The notes under the pieces are model-generated. The model did no database searches and was not told the DNA's origin. It saw only the letters and a program-made list of their open reading frames with translations. From IMG/VR virus record IMGVR_UViG_3300032318_000380, positions 1 to 58,468 of that record: 58,468 nt of DNA, one strand, 5' to 3'. Both the position numbers and the translations under genes were made by a program. This stretch comes from a virus (taxonomy: Duplodnaviria > Caudoviricetes). Positions 46,864 to 55,574 of the stretch are shown here, piece after piece (positions within the stretch are counted from its first letter, which is position 1; the number at the start of each line of letters is the position of its first letter).

Positions 46864-47235
46864 TTAGCTCTCCGAGTATGTCAGCGACACAGTAACGCCT
46901 GCGCTGGGTTTTACAACAAGGCCACTGAAAAACGGCACGTTAACTTGATAGAGGCCGGGATTGCTTGTTGGTATATCGTAGATCACATTTGATGTGGTGG
47001 CCGTAGCAACCGTAGCCGCGTCATGAATTGTTCCGCCAGCAGTCCCGCTGAAAATGACGTTTACCAGCCTGCCAGCGCCAGTGTAAACCAAGTTGCTGTC
47101 AGTGGCCCCAAGGTAAGTGTTATTGCCGATAGACTGAGTGTAAATCTCGCGGAAAGAATTAAGCGCCGCCGTGAGGTCATTCATGGCAACAACGCCATTC
47201 TTCAGAACGGTTACTATGTCATCTAGGTTAGCGAT
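46864..47235 (-). CDS. Small tail-associated protein (possible ATC start)
   Basis: In-frame ATC at 47235 sits 5 nt after AGGAGG; first ATG (47184) lacks an SD. Confidence 0.6.
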   Translation of the reverse strand: MANLDDIVTVLKNGVVAMNDLTAALNSFREIYTQSIGNNTYLGATDSNLVYTGAGRLVNVIFSGTAGGTIHDAATVATATTSNVIYDIPTSNPGLYQVNVPFFSGLVVKPSAGVTVSLTYSES

Positions 47236-47281
47236 GGCACCCTCCTATTGATATGGATGGAATTTGTGGTAAGTATTGGCA

Positions 47282-47770
47282 ATGATGACGCCTGAAGAAC
47301 TCCGCAAAATGTTTGAATACAACCCAGAGAATGGCTTGCTGTTTTGGAAAGTCAGAAACAGCAAAAGAGTTCATGTGGGCGATGTTGCGGGGTGCAGGGC
47401 GTCTGATGGAAGGATTTTGATTGGCATCCATGGGAAGATTTATAAGGCCCATAGGATTGCATGGGCCATAACAACTGGAGAATGGCCTAAAAAAATAATT
47501 GACCACATTAACAATGACCCGTCCGACAATAGGCTTTGCAACCTTAGGGAGGCAACAAAATCCCAAAACATGATGAATGTTGGGAAAATAAAATCCAACA
47601 CTTCTGGAATTAAGGGGGTTGGCTGGAGCAAGGTTTCCCAGAAATGGAGGGCATACATTAAAGTTGGCAACAAGAATATTCATCTTGGCCTTTTCCATGA
47701 CATTGAGGACGCTAAAAAAGCAAGAACTGAAGCAGCCATTAAGTACCATGGTGAATTTTCCCATGATTAG
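47282..47770 (+). CDS. HNH-AP2 homing endonuclease (antisense to tail operon)
   Basis: 'YNPENG...AHRIAW...IDHINNDPSDNRLCNLR...N...NTSGIKGV.W...KW...HLGLF...A'. Confidence 0.9.
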   Translation: MMTPEELRKMFEYNPENGLLFWKVRNSKRVHVGDVAGCRASDGRILIGIHGKIYKAHRIAWAITTGEWPKKIIDHINNDPSDNRLCNLREATKSQNMMNVGKIKSNTSGIKGVGWSKVSQKWRAYIKVGNKNIHLGLFHDIEDAKKARTEAAIKYHGEFSHD

Positions 47771-50592
47771 TAGCGTCCGTCTGGTTGGTAGCGATACCGG
47801 ATAGCTCCAAGCCTCCAGAAGCTATTCAGGTCTGTGCTGGAGACACCGATTGCCACCAACCTCCCGCGCATGCGAACGCTCAGGTACTGCGTGTTCTGCG
47901 TGACCGTATATGGCCCGTATTCAATCGGCGGATCACCGGGGTAGTTGGTCACGAAGAACGTAATCTTGACCTGAGCGGTCTTCTCTTCGTCTACAAAACC
48001 CCACTTCATGTCAGGCCACACCTGATCAATGAAGATCATGTTGTCGCCGTCCGCCAAGTTGGCATAGCCAGTGGTGAAGCCTGCCTCCATGGCGGCACCA
48101 TCAGCATTGTTGCTGGTTTCGTGCTGGTAGACAAAGAAACCGCTTGTCTCGCCCACAACGCTTGTCGCAGCGGCGGCACCAATAGGCCCGCCAAAAATGG
48201 ACTGGTCAATCCACGCCGTTCTGCCCACAAGAACCGCCGGGTTGTCAGGGTGCTGGTATCCGTAATCCCACTGGTTCAGCGCAATGTTGTACTTCACATA
48301 AGCATTAACTTCGCCCGTGCCGATTTGCATTTGGCTCAGGTTCAATCCCGTGGCGGGGTCAATGTCATATGTGTAGTGCGCCGGGAAGTGCCATGTGATC
48401 TCGTTAAACTGGCTATTGGGAGCGCAGCGAATGCGATCCGTGTATGGATTTCCATTTTCATCGTTTCCGGGGAACAGGTTCTGGAACACTTGGTCCCACA
48501 CTGGACACGGTATAGGCTCAACGCCTTGCCCAGCAAAACGAAAGAACTGCCGCTGGCTCATCCAATACACGGCACCGCTCATCTGGCCCGCCGCCTTCTG
48601 GGAAATCAAGCCAGCATTTGCGCCAATTTTGTTGAAGCCGTATATGTAAGGCTGGCCGATATAGGTCATGGACCACAGGTCAAGGTCAGTCCACAGGAGC
48701 GCCTGCTGAGGAGCCTGAAGACCGCCGACAATTTTGGAGCCTGTCGGGATGCGGTAGCTGCCAGCCTGATTGAAGGCGGTTCCCTGCCAGACCGTGAAGT
48801 CTTCAAGATCACACCAGCGCACAAGAAGAGGGTCTTGGATTGATCCAAAGGAAGACCCGTATGCAATGACCTGCCTTTGAGGCATGGCAACAAACGCGCC
48901 CGCGTTGTAGACGGGCGAATTTGGCATATAGCTTAAGTTTTGAACAGCACTGCCAACTGGCTGCCAGTAATACGTTGTGCCGTTCTTGGGACACGCGACA
49001 AGGATGGAACCCCAATTGTCAAATGTCCAATCTACGGCAGTAATTGGCGTACCGTCAGTAGAGGCCTCCACAAAGCCGCTACCATAAAGACCTTCGTTGT
49101 ATATGCCGCCGCCGTATACGAAGTTGTCACCTTGGTCTGCCGAGACAACGCTGACAAAAACTTCTGAGCGGATTTGTCCGTTATTTTCGTATGCGTTTGC
49201 GCTGCTGGTCGCCGGAAGGTCGGAGGTTATTTCAAACTGGTCTACAGTATTGACTTTTGTTACTGTGTAAAGGCCAGATATTGCCACCCCGCCAACGGTT
49301 GTTGAGATTGGCACATTGAATGTGTCACCAACCGCATAATTATGATTGATCAAATCAACGGTTACTGTTGCTCCGCCAGCAACAACCGTGAACTTTGGCG
49401 GCAAACCGCCGAATGTAACGCGCGGAGTTACAGAGCCGCCGTAAGATGTTGCGGCGGTTGCTACACCAGTCTGTGTGTATGTAATTGTCGCATCGGTCAC
49501 GGATGTGATGGTGAAGCTTCCATTAAATGTGGCAGTATCAACGCCGCCAACATAAATTGTCTGCCCAGCATAGAATGAATGCGAGTTGGCGAAGCGGACA
49601 GTGACCGTTCTGTCAGCGCCAGCAGTGACGGCGGTGATCTTTGAGATAAATGTCTGGACTTCAGGCACATTGATCGTCAACAATCCTGAGCCGATAGTGA
49701 CAATATCGTATGGCCCAAGAAGGTTGATGTTCCCAACATTTACAATGGTTGGGAAAAATATGTATGACGCGGAGCTTGGAATAAGAGGCGTGTAGAATGT
49801 AAGCGCAGATGCGTTGCTTGCAGTTGTAAAACCAGCGCCAATGGCAAACGTGATGGCGGTGGTGCCAACGGTAACTGCGGAGCTATTGGTGCAGTAGTAA
49901 TACCTGTTGGAGTTTGTTGTCCCGGCAGAAACGAAAAACAAAGAACCTAGAACAATGTCTGCTGAGACATCAAAGTCAGTGGCGCGCGTCAAGACCCAAG
50001 CAACAGCGCCGCTACCAACAGTCGTAACTGTGTAGACACCGTTTTGAAAGCCAGTCGTTTGGTTCTTTACCAACACGCGATCAGAGACGGACAGAGCAAC
50101 GCCGTCTATCTGAAGCGCCGCCAAAGTTCCTGAATTGGTCAGGGTAGCGTTTAGACCAGCAGTGCCGTTCGCATACGTTGCCGTAAGATTTGCGGTCGTG
50201 GCAACGCGAACGTCCGTCTTGGGTATTGTGGTGTTTAGGCTGCTTCCGGTCGTATAGACACTGGATGCACCATCCTGCTGTAGAATGCGGGGCGTGACAT
50301 CAAGCAGTGAGTTATCGGCTTGGCGGAACACCTCAACGCCAACATCACTCTCGCCGCCAATTGCGAGGTACTTGGTGTATTCCAGATCGCTCCAAGCTTT
50401 CAGCGCGCGGATAGGGGCAGAGAACGAACTGGAAATAAACCGCGTCCATCCGCCAAGCTTCTGCACAAGGCCAAGGCCATCCCGGTCGGGCATGAAGCGC
50501 ACAAGGTCAGTGTAGGACACCGCCACTTCGTTGAGTGTGGGCGTCTTGTTGGTGTCAACACCCGGAACAATCTTGAGGGTCTGGTGCGGCAT
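47767..50592 (-). CDS. Tail nozzle/tubular protein B-like (P22 gp10-like) with inserted beta domains
   Basis: 941 aa; 'PGV...VRF...KLGGW', 'WTFDNWG', 'DPLLVRWCD.ED...W...NQAG', 'WRLGAIR...PDGR'. Confidence 0.75.
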   Translation of the reverse strand: MPHQTLKIVPGVDTNKTPTLNEVAVSYTDLVRFMPDRDGLGLVQKLGGWTRFISSSFSAPIRALKAWSDLEYTKYLAIGGESDVGVEVFRQADNSLLDVTPRILQQDGASSVYTTGSSLNTTIPKTDVRVATTANLTATYANGTAGLNATLTNSGTLAALQIDGVALSVSDRVLVKNQTTGFQNGVYTVTTVGSGAVAWVLTRATDFDVSADIVLGSLFFVSAGTTNSNRYYYCTNSSAVTVGTTAITFAIGAGFTTASNASALTFYTPLIPSSASYIFFPTIVNVGNINLLGPYDIVTIGSGLLTINVPEVQTFISKITAVTAGADRTVTVRFANSHSFYAGQTIYVGGVDTATFNGSFTITSVTDATITYTQTGVATAATSYGGSVTPRVTFGGLPPKFTVVAGGATVTVDLINHNYAVGDTFNVPISTTVGGVAISGLYTVTKVNTVDQFEITSDLPATSSANAYENNGQIRSEVFVSVVSADQGDNFVYGGGIYNEGLYGSGFVEASTDGTPITAVDWTFDNWGSILVACPKNGTTYYWQPVGSAVQNLSYMPNSPVYNAGAFVAMPQRQVIAYGSSFGSIQDPLLVRWCDLEDFTVWQGTAFNQAGSYRIPTGSKIVGGLQAPQQALLWTDLDLWSMTYIGQPYIYGFNKIGANAGLISQKAAGQMSGAVYWMSQRQFFRFAGQGVEPIPCPVWDQVFQNLFPGNDENGNPYTDRIRCAPNSQFNEITWHFPAHYTYDIDPATGLNLSQMQIGTGEVNAYVKYNIALNQWDYGYQHPDNPAVLVGRTAWIDQSIFGGPIGAAAATSVVGETSGFFVYQHETSNNADGAAMEAGFTTGYANLADGDNMIFIDQVWPDMKWGFVDEEKTAQVKITFFVTNYPGDPPIEYGPYTVTQNTQYLSVRMRGRLVAIGVSSTDLNSFWRLGAIRYRYQPDGRY

Positions 50593-50595
50593 GGG

Positions 50596-51309
50596 TTAGC
50601 CCCTGCCCGGAGTGGCAACCGGAGATGGAGATGTAGAGGTCCAACCAGAGGCCGAAAATTTCTTCCGATATTCCTCAACAGTTGCACCCTTCAGCAGAGC
50701 TTGGTACTGGCTCTCATAAGACTGCGCCATCTGCGGGTCATCGCTCTGGCGGCCAAAGTTCCTCTGGTAGCCACTGATGAAGATCATGGAGGCCATCAGG
50801 AAGATGTCAGGCAGATACTGCGAGATGAATGTCGTGGGATTGCTCACGGACAGTGTGTCAGGGCGTACTGTCCCGATAATCTCCAGCGTGTATGCCGCGT
50901 TAGGCCAAGGCCCAAGCGAGAATGTCCGCTCATCAATCATGGCGAAGTAATACGGAACCGCCGCATTTGTAGAGCTAGGCCATGCGTATTGGATGTATTC
51001 TTTGGACACAGGCAGCAAGGGAACCCGCGTACCCAGATCAGGGTTAGATGTTCCCGCTGGGGTGATCACGTTAACATTCTGGAGGGTGACAAACGTACCC
51101 TGCGTTAACGCAACCTTGGAGGCATTGGCGGTCGTGGAGAAGCTAGTATTCGCCTGCACTGTGGAAAGAAGATCAAGATCGCGGTAAATGCGAAGCTCTG
51201 CGTATTCAATCGCATCAGGCAGAATAGAGAGCCAGTTGGCGTCAGTTTCGGGGACAACGGACAGGGTTGCCAAGGCAGTTTTGTATGTGGCGTATGTAAG
51301 TCCCGTCAT
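50596..51309 (-). CDS. Head-tail adaptor/tail tubular protein A-like
   Basis: 'TYATYK...I..AELRIYRDLD...PYYFA...LGPWPN..Y...PDIFLMAS'; directly upstream of nozzle gene. Confidence 0.7.
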   Translation of the reverse strand: MTGLTYATYKTALATLSVVPETDANWLSILPDAIEYAELRIYRDLDLLSTVQANTSFSTTANASKVALTQGTFVTLQNVNVITPAGTSNPDLGTRVPLLPVSKEYIQYAWPSSTNAAVPYYFAMIDERTFSLGPWPNAAYTLEIIGTVRPDTLSVSNPTTFISQYLPDIFLMASMIFISGYQRNFGRQSDDPQMAQSYESQYQALLKGATVEEYRKKFSASGWTSTSPSPVATPGRG

Positions 51310-51421
51310 TTCACGCCCCTATTAACATAATTTCTACGGTTTTACCATAAGTCCCCGTAGTTCGTGAAGTGATTGTTGTTGTCTGATGCCTGCCAGACAA
51401 AATAGAATTTTGTTAATGACA

Positions 51422-52378
51422 TTAAATCACGGGATGCCCCCTGAACCAAGCCTCACCGTTGATGACACGGCAAAACTCTGGCTCCAGCAACATGCCGCTA
51501 CATGCAAAATGCAATACAGCAAAACCCTGCGACCAGCTAACCGGGTTGTCTTCCGCGTAAGCAAACTTGTCATTCTCAGGCCCAAAATCAGATAAAGTTC
51601 CGCATTCTACTCCCCAGCGAAGCCCGTTGTAATCAGCAAACATGACTGCTTGGAGCCGATGCGTATGGCCTGTTACGATGGACTTGCCGCTCTTTAGGGT
51701 GTTGTTATAAGCGCCATGAACGCCTTGGTGAATGCGGTGCTTCACGACCGTGTGATCATTTAACCATAGGCTTGTGCAAAGCTGCCAAGCTGGAAAATGA
51801 TCAGAAAGGCTGAAACCATTAACATTTATATAATCCGGCGCTGCTTGCGCTAGTCGTGCCATGAAGCGGCTGTCATGGTTCCCATCAGTCCACATAAGAC
51901 AACAATTGGGAGGGGCAAAAGCCTCAATCTCCGCATGGCGCTCTTTTACCGCCTCCAGTTCATCCGCCACGGTTGGCGTCTGCACCCACGAACTAGGGGC
52001 ATGGCGGCTAATCCGCGCGCCGTCAAAGCTATCCCCGTTCATGATAATCATTGACGGTTGCAATTCTTTAATTAACAAAATCATGGCTGCGAACGCTTTG
52101 CTGCGCTCTCCCGGCCAGAAGTGTCCATCACTGCCGATGATGACGGGGCCAACAACATTTTCTTTTAAGGCGCGGAAACCTTGTGTTGGTATTTCAATCT
52201 TTACCCGCTTGGCGGGTTGCGAAATAGTGTTTAGTGTGATGCCATGCTTGCGTTCAATGTTATCCCGCCGCGCGTTAACGCCCCGCAGGTTGAGACCCAA
52301 TTCTTTGGCTATAGCAGACGGTGAACCTAAACGCTTCCATGCGTCAATGAACTCCTGATCGGAGTATTTCTGGGTCAT
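51422..52378 (-). CDS. Calcineurin-like metallophosphoesterase with N-terminal HTH-like segment
   Basis: SDGH, NGDSFD, GNHD, H, GHTH motifs in order. Confidence 0.85.
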   Translation of the reverse strand: MTQKYSDQEFIDAWKRLGSPSAIAKELGLNLRGVNARRDNIERKHGITLNTISQPAKRVKIEIPTQGFRALKENVVGPVIIGSDGHFWPGERSKAFAAMILLIKELQPSMIIMNGDSFDGARISRHAPSSWVQTPTVADELEAVKERHAEIEAFAPPNCCLMWTDGNHDSRFMARLAQAAPDYINVNGFSLSDHFPAWQLCTSLWLNDHTVVKHRIHQGVHGAYNNTLKSGKSIVTGHTHRLQAVMFADYNGLRWGVECGTLSDFGPENDKFAYAEDNPVSWSQGFAVLHFACSGMLLEPEFCRVINGEAWFRGHPVI

Positions 52379-52381
52379 TTG

Positions 52382-52630
52382 CTATTCCTGCGCGCGGCGG
52401 AAGTTCAGCCGCCAGATCACATCTGCGACTTGCTTGCCGAGATTGTCTATTTGCTTCTCTTCTGCTTCTGGAAAAACAAGATGAGCTACTTCGTGGGCGG
52501 CGATTTCCAAGAGCAGCTTAGGTTTTTGAAGAAGGCGCGGGTCTAACTGGATGTGGTCTTCGCCAATATAAGCCCATCCCCAAGCGCGTTCGCAAGTTTT
52601 CCATTCAATGGTGATCTTGCGGCGTGCCAT
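52382..52630 (-). CDS. Small HExxH (zincin-like) protein
   Basis: 'WG.A......IQLDPRL......EIAAHEVAHL.....EE'. Confidence 0.7.
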   Translation of the reverse strand: MARRKITIEWKTCERAWGWAYIGEDHIQLDPRLLQKPKLLLEIAAHEVAHLVFPEAEEKQIDNLGKQVADVIWRLNFRRAQE

Positions 52631-52633
52631 AAA

Positions 52634-52864
52634 TCAATCCTTGCATCGCTTTCGGCGGTGATCCCATTCGCCGCCACGGCGGATGCAGTCACGCCATTCT
52701 TTTTCTTTCTCAGGCGGCATTCGTTTCATCAAGAACGGCAACGATGCCCTAAACATGGCAACGCCAAGGCCAAGCCAAAATGATGGCCTTTGAGCAATGA
52801 GAAAGCCGCCAGCGCCGATGCCGACTAACAGCACGACGATGGCGGCAGTCTCAATCCAGTTCAC
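52634..52864 (-). CDS. Small membrane protein of lysis cassette
   Basis: N-terminal hydrophobic helix, basic C-terminus; coupled to holin. Confidence 0.55.
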   Translation of the reverse strand: MNWIETAAIVVLLVGIGAGGFLIAQRPSFWLGLGVAMFRASLPFLMKRMPPEKEKEWRDCIRRGGEWDHRRKRCKD

Positions 52865-53022
52865 TTCTTGGCCCAGATAGACCAGCCAGCGGCGAAGATA
52901 ACACCAAGCGCGCCGATGATGTCGTTCATAACGGTGGCGTCAATAGCCCCAGTGCCGACAACGTAGCCGCCACCAGCCGCAAGAATGGCGCGCACAACGC
53001 CCCAAACCATTTCTTTCGTCAT
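52861..53022 (-). CDS. Putative holin (53 aa, two TM segments)
   Basis: Below ORF-track cutoff: MTKEMVWGVVRAILAAGGGYVVGTGAIDATVMNDIIGALGVIFAAGWSIWAKK; AAGGAAG SD. Confidence 0.75.
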   Translation of the reverse strand: MTKEMVWGVVRAILAAGGGYVVGTGAIDATVMNDIIGALGVIFAAGWSIWAKK

Positions 53023-53075
53023 CACTTGCTTCCTTTTGTTGTGCAGTTGACAAATGGGGACCGCGCCCCCACATT

Positions 53076-53645
53076 ATGGGCATGAGGAAATATAACCGCG
53101 CCCAACCCGGATACCGTATTTGTCATCGTTGCGAAAAAGAATTTCCCGCAACGGCGGAATATTTTTTGCGCGATGCCTCGCGTGCGCTCGGTCTTGCATA
53201 TGAGTGCAGGGTTTGCCATTCTGCACGAAAGAAAGGGTGTGATAGGCGCTCGGAGCGATGGTCTTGTCTGACGCCAGAACAAAAAATACGCCGCAAAGAA
53301 ATTGCGCGAATATACGGGAAGACAGTTAAGGGCCGCGCTATTTTTCTCAGAAAGGCATACCAACGAGTTGATGAGTGCGATTTGACTGTTGATGAAATGA
53401 TTGGTTTTATTAGCCAGCCATGCGTTCATTGCGGCACCATAGAAGAACCGCGCGGCCTTGACCGCATTGACAATGCGCTGCCGCACATCAAAACGAACGT
53501 GGCCCCGTCCTGCGCCCCCTGCAATTTTGCTAGAGGAAATCGTTTTACCTTCAAGGAGATGCAGCGTATCGGAGAAGTCATCAGGGCCGTTTTCCGGGAT
53601 AGGAAGACCACGGCAACTGAAAATGAGGCCCATCACGAAATTTGA
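53076..53645 (+). CDS. HNH-like endonuclease (antisense, between lysin and holin)
   Basis: CHRC...CRVC; 'PCVHCG...GLDRIDN...H...NV..SC..CNFARG'. Confidence 0.8.
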   Translation: MGMRKYNRAQPGYRICHRCEKEFPATAEYFLRDASRALGLAYECRVCHSARKKGCDRRSERWSCLTPEQKIRRKEIARIYGKTVKGRAIFLRKAYQRVDECDLTVDEMIGFISQPCVHCGTIEEPRGLDRIDNALPHIKTNVAPSCAPCNFARGNRFTFKEMQRIGEVIRAVFRDRKTTATENEAHHEI

Positions 53646-53994
53646 CCCAATCAGCACCTGCTTCAAGCGGAACTTTCTCCTTATCGGCGGCTGCCTTCAT
53701 GCGCTTGGCCAGCTTGTCATACAACGGCCAGTCCCAACGCACTTGACCTTGGATTGTGCAGGCCAGATCAACCGCGTGTGAAAAACCATTTGCCGCAGGG
53801 ATATGTCGGGAGCGCAATGTTTTGGACGCCCCCTTGGCCTTGAGGATTTTCTGCTCTGCCAGAGTGCGAATGCCGCAGGTAACAACGAACCCAGTGTCCG
53901 CGTCCTTCCAATCAGCCGCACACCGCATAACAATACGAACTAAATCCGGGTGAACTCCGCGCAGCTTTGCAATAGAAGCATCATTAAGCTTCAT
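53581..53994 (-). CDS. Endolysin, M15 family (L-Ala-D-Glu peptidase-like)
   Basis: 'L.GVHPDL...G.RT..EQ......GAS.T..SRH......AVD...W...DGPHFQL'. Confidence 0.9.
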   Translation of the reverse strand: MKLNDASIAKLRGVHPDLVRIVMRCAADWKDADTGFVVTCGIRTLAEQKILKAKGASKTLRSRHIPAANGFSHAVDLACTIQGQVRWDWPLYDKLAKRMKAAADKEKVPLEAGADWVKFRDGPHFQLPWSSYPGKRP

Positions 53995-54233
53995 ACCTTG
54001 TCCGCCTTGCCATCTAGCTTGTCGTGTATCTTCTCAAACATAGCCCTGATTTCACGCATAATTTCCGTGAATTCTTCGCGGCGGACATAATGGACCGGGA
54101 GCGCCTTCTCTATGGAGTGGAGGTCTTTTCTGAGTTCTTTGGTGGCATCCCAGAGTTGACGGAAAAACCATCCGCCTATTGCGAAAATGGCTCCCACTCC
54201 AATATTGAAGAGGATTTGCAAGTTAATCTCCAT
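53991..54233 (-). CDS. Membrane-anchored coiled-coil protein (holin/anti-holin-like)
   Basis: N-terminal TM, 'LPVHYVRREEF...KLDGKADK'; ATGA-coupled to lysin. Confidence 0.65.
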   Translation of the reverse strand: MEINLQILFNIGVGAIFAIGGWFFRQLWDATKELRKDLHSIEKALPVHYVRREEFTEIMREIRAMFEKIHDKLDGKADKV

Positions 54234-54298
54234 GGCAACCCCGAAGCAAAAACTCTCCCCAACACTGTGTAACCTATCTTTCTGTCACAAGAAAGAGG

Positions 54299-55378
54299 TT
54301 ACTCTTTGCCAAAACTCCGTCCTTCGTACCAACCATCATACCATAAATGTAACAAGCGAATGAAGTAATCCTCATACCTCTTGCCTATGGCCTCAAGGCT
54401 GTATTTTGACACAGCCCTGTCCCGTATTGAGTACGGGTCAAGATTTTCCACTTCAAGAGCCGCCCGCTTGAACTCTCCAAATGTGCGGCACCTGAAGCCA
54501 GTCATGCCGTCAACGACAGTCTCCGTGAATGCGCCCCAGTCAGTCGTGATCACGGGCGTTCCGCAAACCTGAGCTTCAATGTTAACATTGCCAAACGGTT
54601 CAATGTAAATGGTGGGAACAAATACCGCCTTGGCGCGGGACATCAGTTTTCCGCGCGCAACCGGGTCCACAACACCAACGTATTCCGTTCCGATGGGAGG
54701 CGTTCCCTGACCTGCGACGATCAGTTTTTTTCCAAGGTCAAAACAGACATCCGCCGCGATCCTGTAGCCCTTGCGGTCCACAAGGCGGCCAATGAACAGA
54801 TAATAATCGTCTTTCTCTGCGCTGAACGGGAACATAGCGGGGTCTAGGTAGCCGGGAATGACTGCATCCCACCAGTTGCCGTCAGCCTCTCCAGCAGCAT
54901 TGGGATGCGCCGCCCCGTAGATCATGTGCATCCACGCATAGCTCTCAAACACGCGATACTTGGAGAACGTGCCGGGATAGCCGACACCAAACTCCACCGT
55001 GATCATGTCAGGAAAGGCGTCAGCGATCTGCTTGTGAGCGTAGCCGCCAATGACGCAAATGAAGTCTTTGTTGCTCAGGCGGTTCTTCTTGATGCCAGCA
55101 ATTACGTTGTCGTTAAAATCGCGCCAAAACGGCAGATTGTAATCAAAGCTGGCGGCAGTGAAGTGATTGTCGCCAACGTGTTTAGCCCGACGATCTTCTG
55201 TCGTGCATGGTATGTGTTCAGTACACGGGGCTTCGTTGCGCTCACCTGAATAGAGAAAGACCTCATGGCCTCGCTCCATCATCATGCGGCAGAAGCCAAG
55301 AACTTTTGCCGTGTATGCACAAGGGGAATACTCCCAGATCGTGTGGGTATGTGGAAGGGCGGCAACGTGCAGCCTCAT
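54299..55378 (-). CDS. Glycosyltransferase, GT-B fold (GT4-like)
   Basis: 'GHEV', 'LFIGRLVDRKG', 'EPFGNVNIEAQVCGTPVITTDWGAFTETVVDGMTGF'. Confidence 0.9.
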   Translation of the reverse strand: MRLHVAALPHTHTIWEYSPCAYTAKVLGFCRMMMERGHEVFLYSGERNEAPCTEHIPCTTEDRRAKHVGDNHFTAASFDYNLPFWRDFNDNVIAGIKKNRLSNKDFICVIGGYAHKQIADAFPDMITVEFGVGYPGTFSKYRVFESYAWMHMIYGAAHPNAAGEADGNWWDAVIPGYLDPAMFPFSAEKDDYYLFIGRLVDRKGYRIAADVCFDLGKKLIVAGQGTPPIGTEYVGVVDPVARGKLMSRAKAVFVPTIYIEPFGNVNIEAQVCGTPVITTDWGAFTETVVDGMTGFRCRTFGEFKRAALEVENLDPYSIRDRAVSKYSLEAIGKRYEDYFIRLLHLWYDGWYEGRSFGKE

Positions 55379-55569
55379 TCCGGTTCACCGTCTTCAACAA
55401 CAGGCTCCGTCCACACGTTGTCAGCGTAGCCCCAACTTACACCAACGTAATCTGGCGCGGGGATCACAAGCATGTCTTCGGGAGGTTGCCAACGTGTCGT
55501 GTCGCCATCCCAAAGGGAAATATTCTGGACGATGCCGTCTTTGATCATTGCGTATCTGATTGCTGTCAT
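55375..55569 (-). CDS. Small fibre-associated protein
   Basis: 'RYAMIKDGIVQNI..WDG...W.PP...GW.Y'-type; follows Gly-rich fibre genes. Confidence 0.6.
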   Translation of the reverse strand: MTAIRYAMIKDGIVQNISLWDGDTTRWQPPEDMLVIPAPDYVGVSWGYADNVWTEPVVEDGEPE

Positions 55570-55574
55570 TTCTT

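Noticed and set aside
53022-53666. 214-aa minus ORF, or a group I intron in the lysin
   Set aside because: Antisense to the HNH gene; lysin catalytic motifs are complete before the insert; no room for intron core elements
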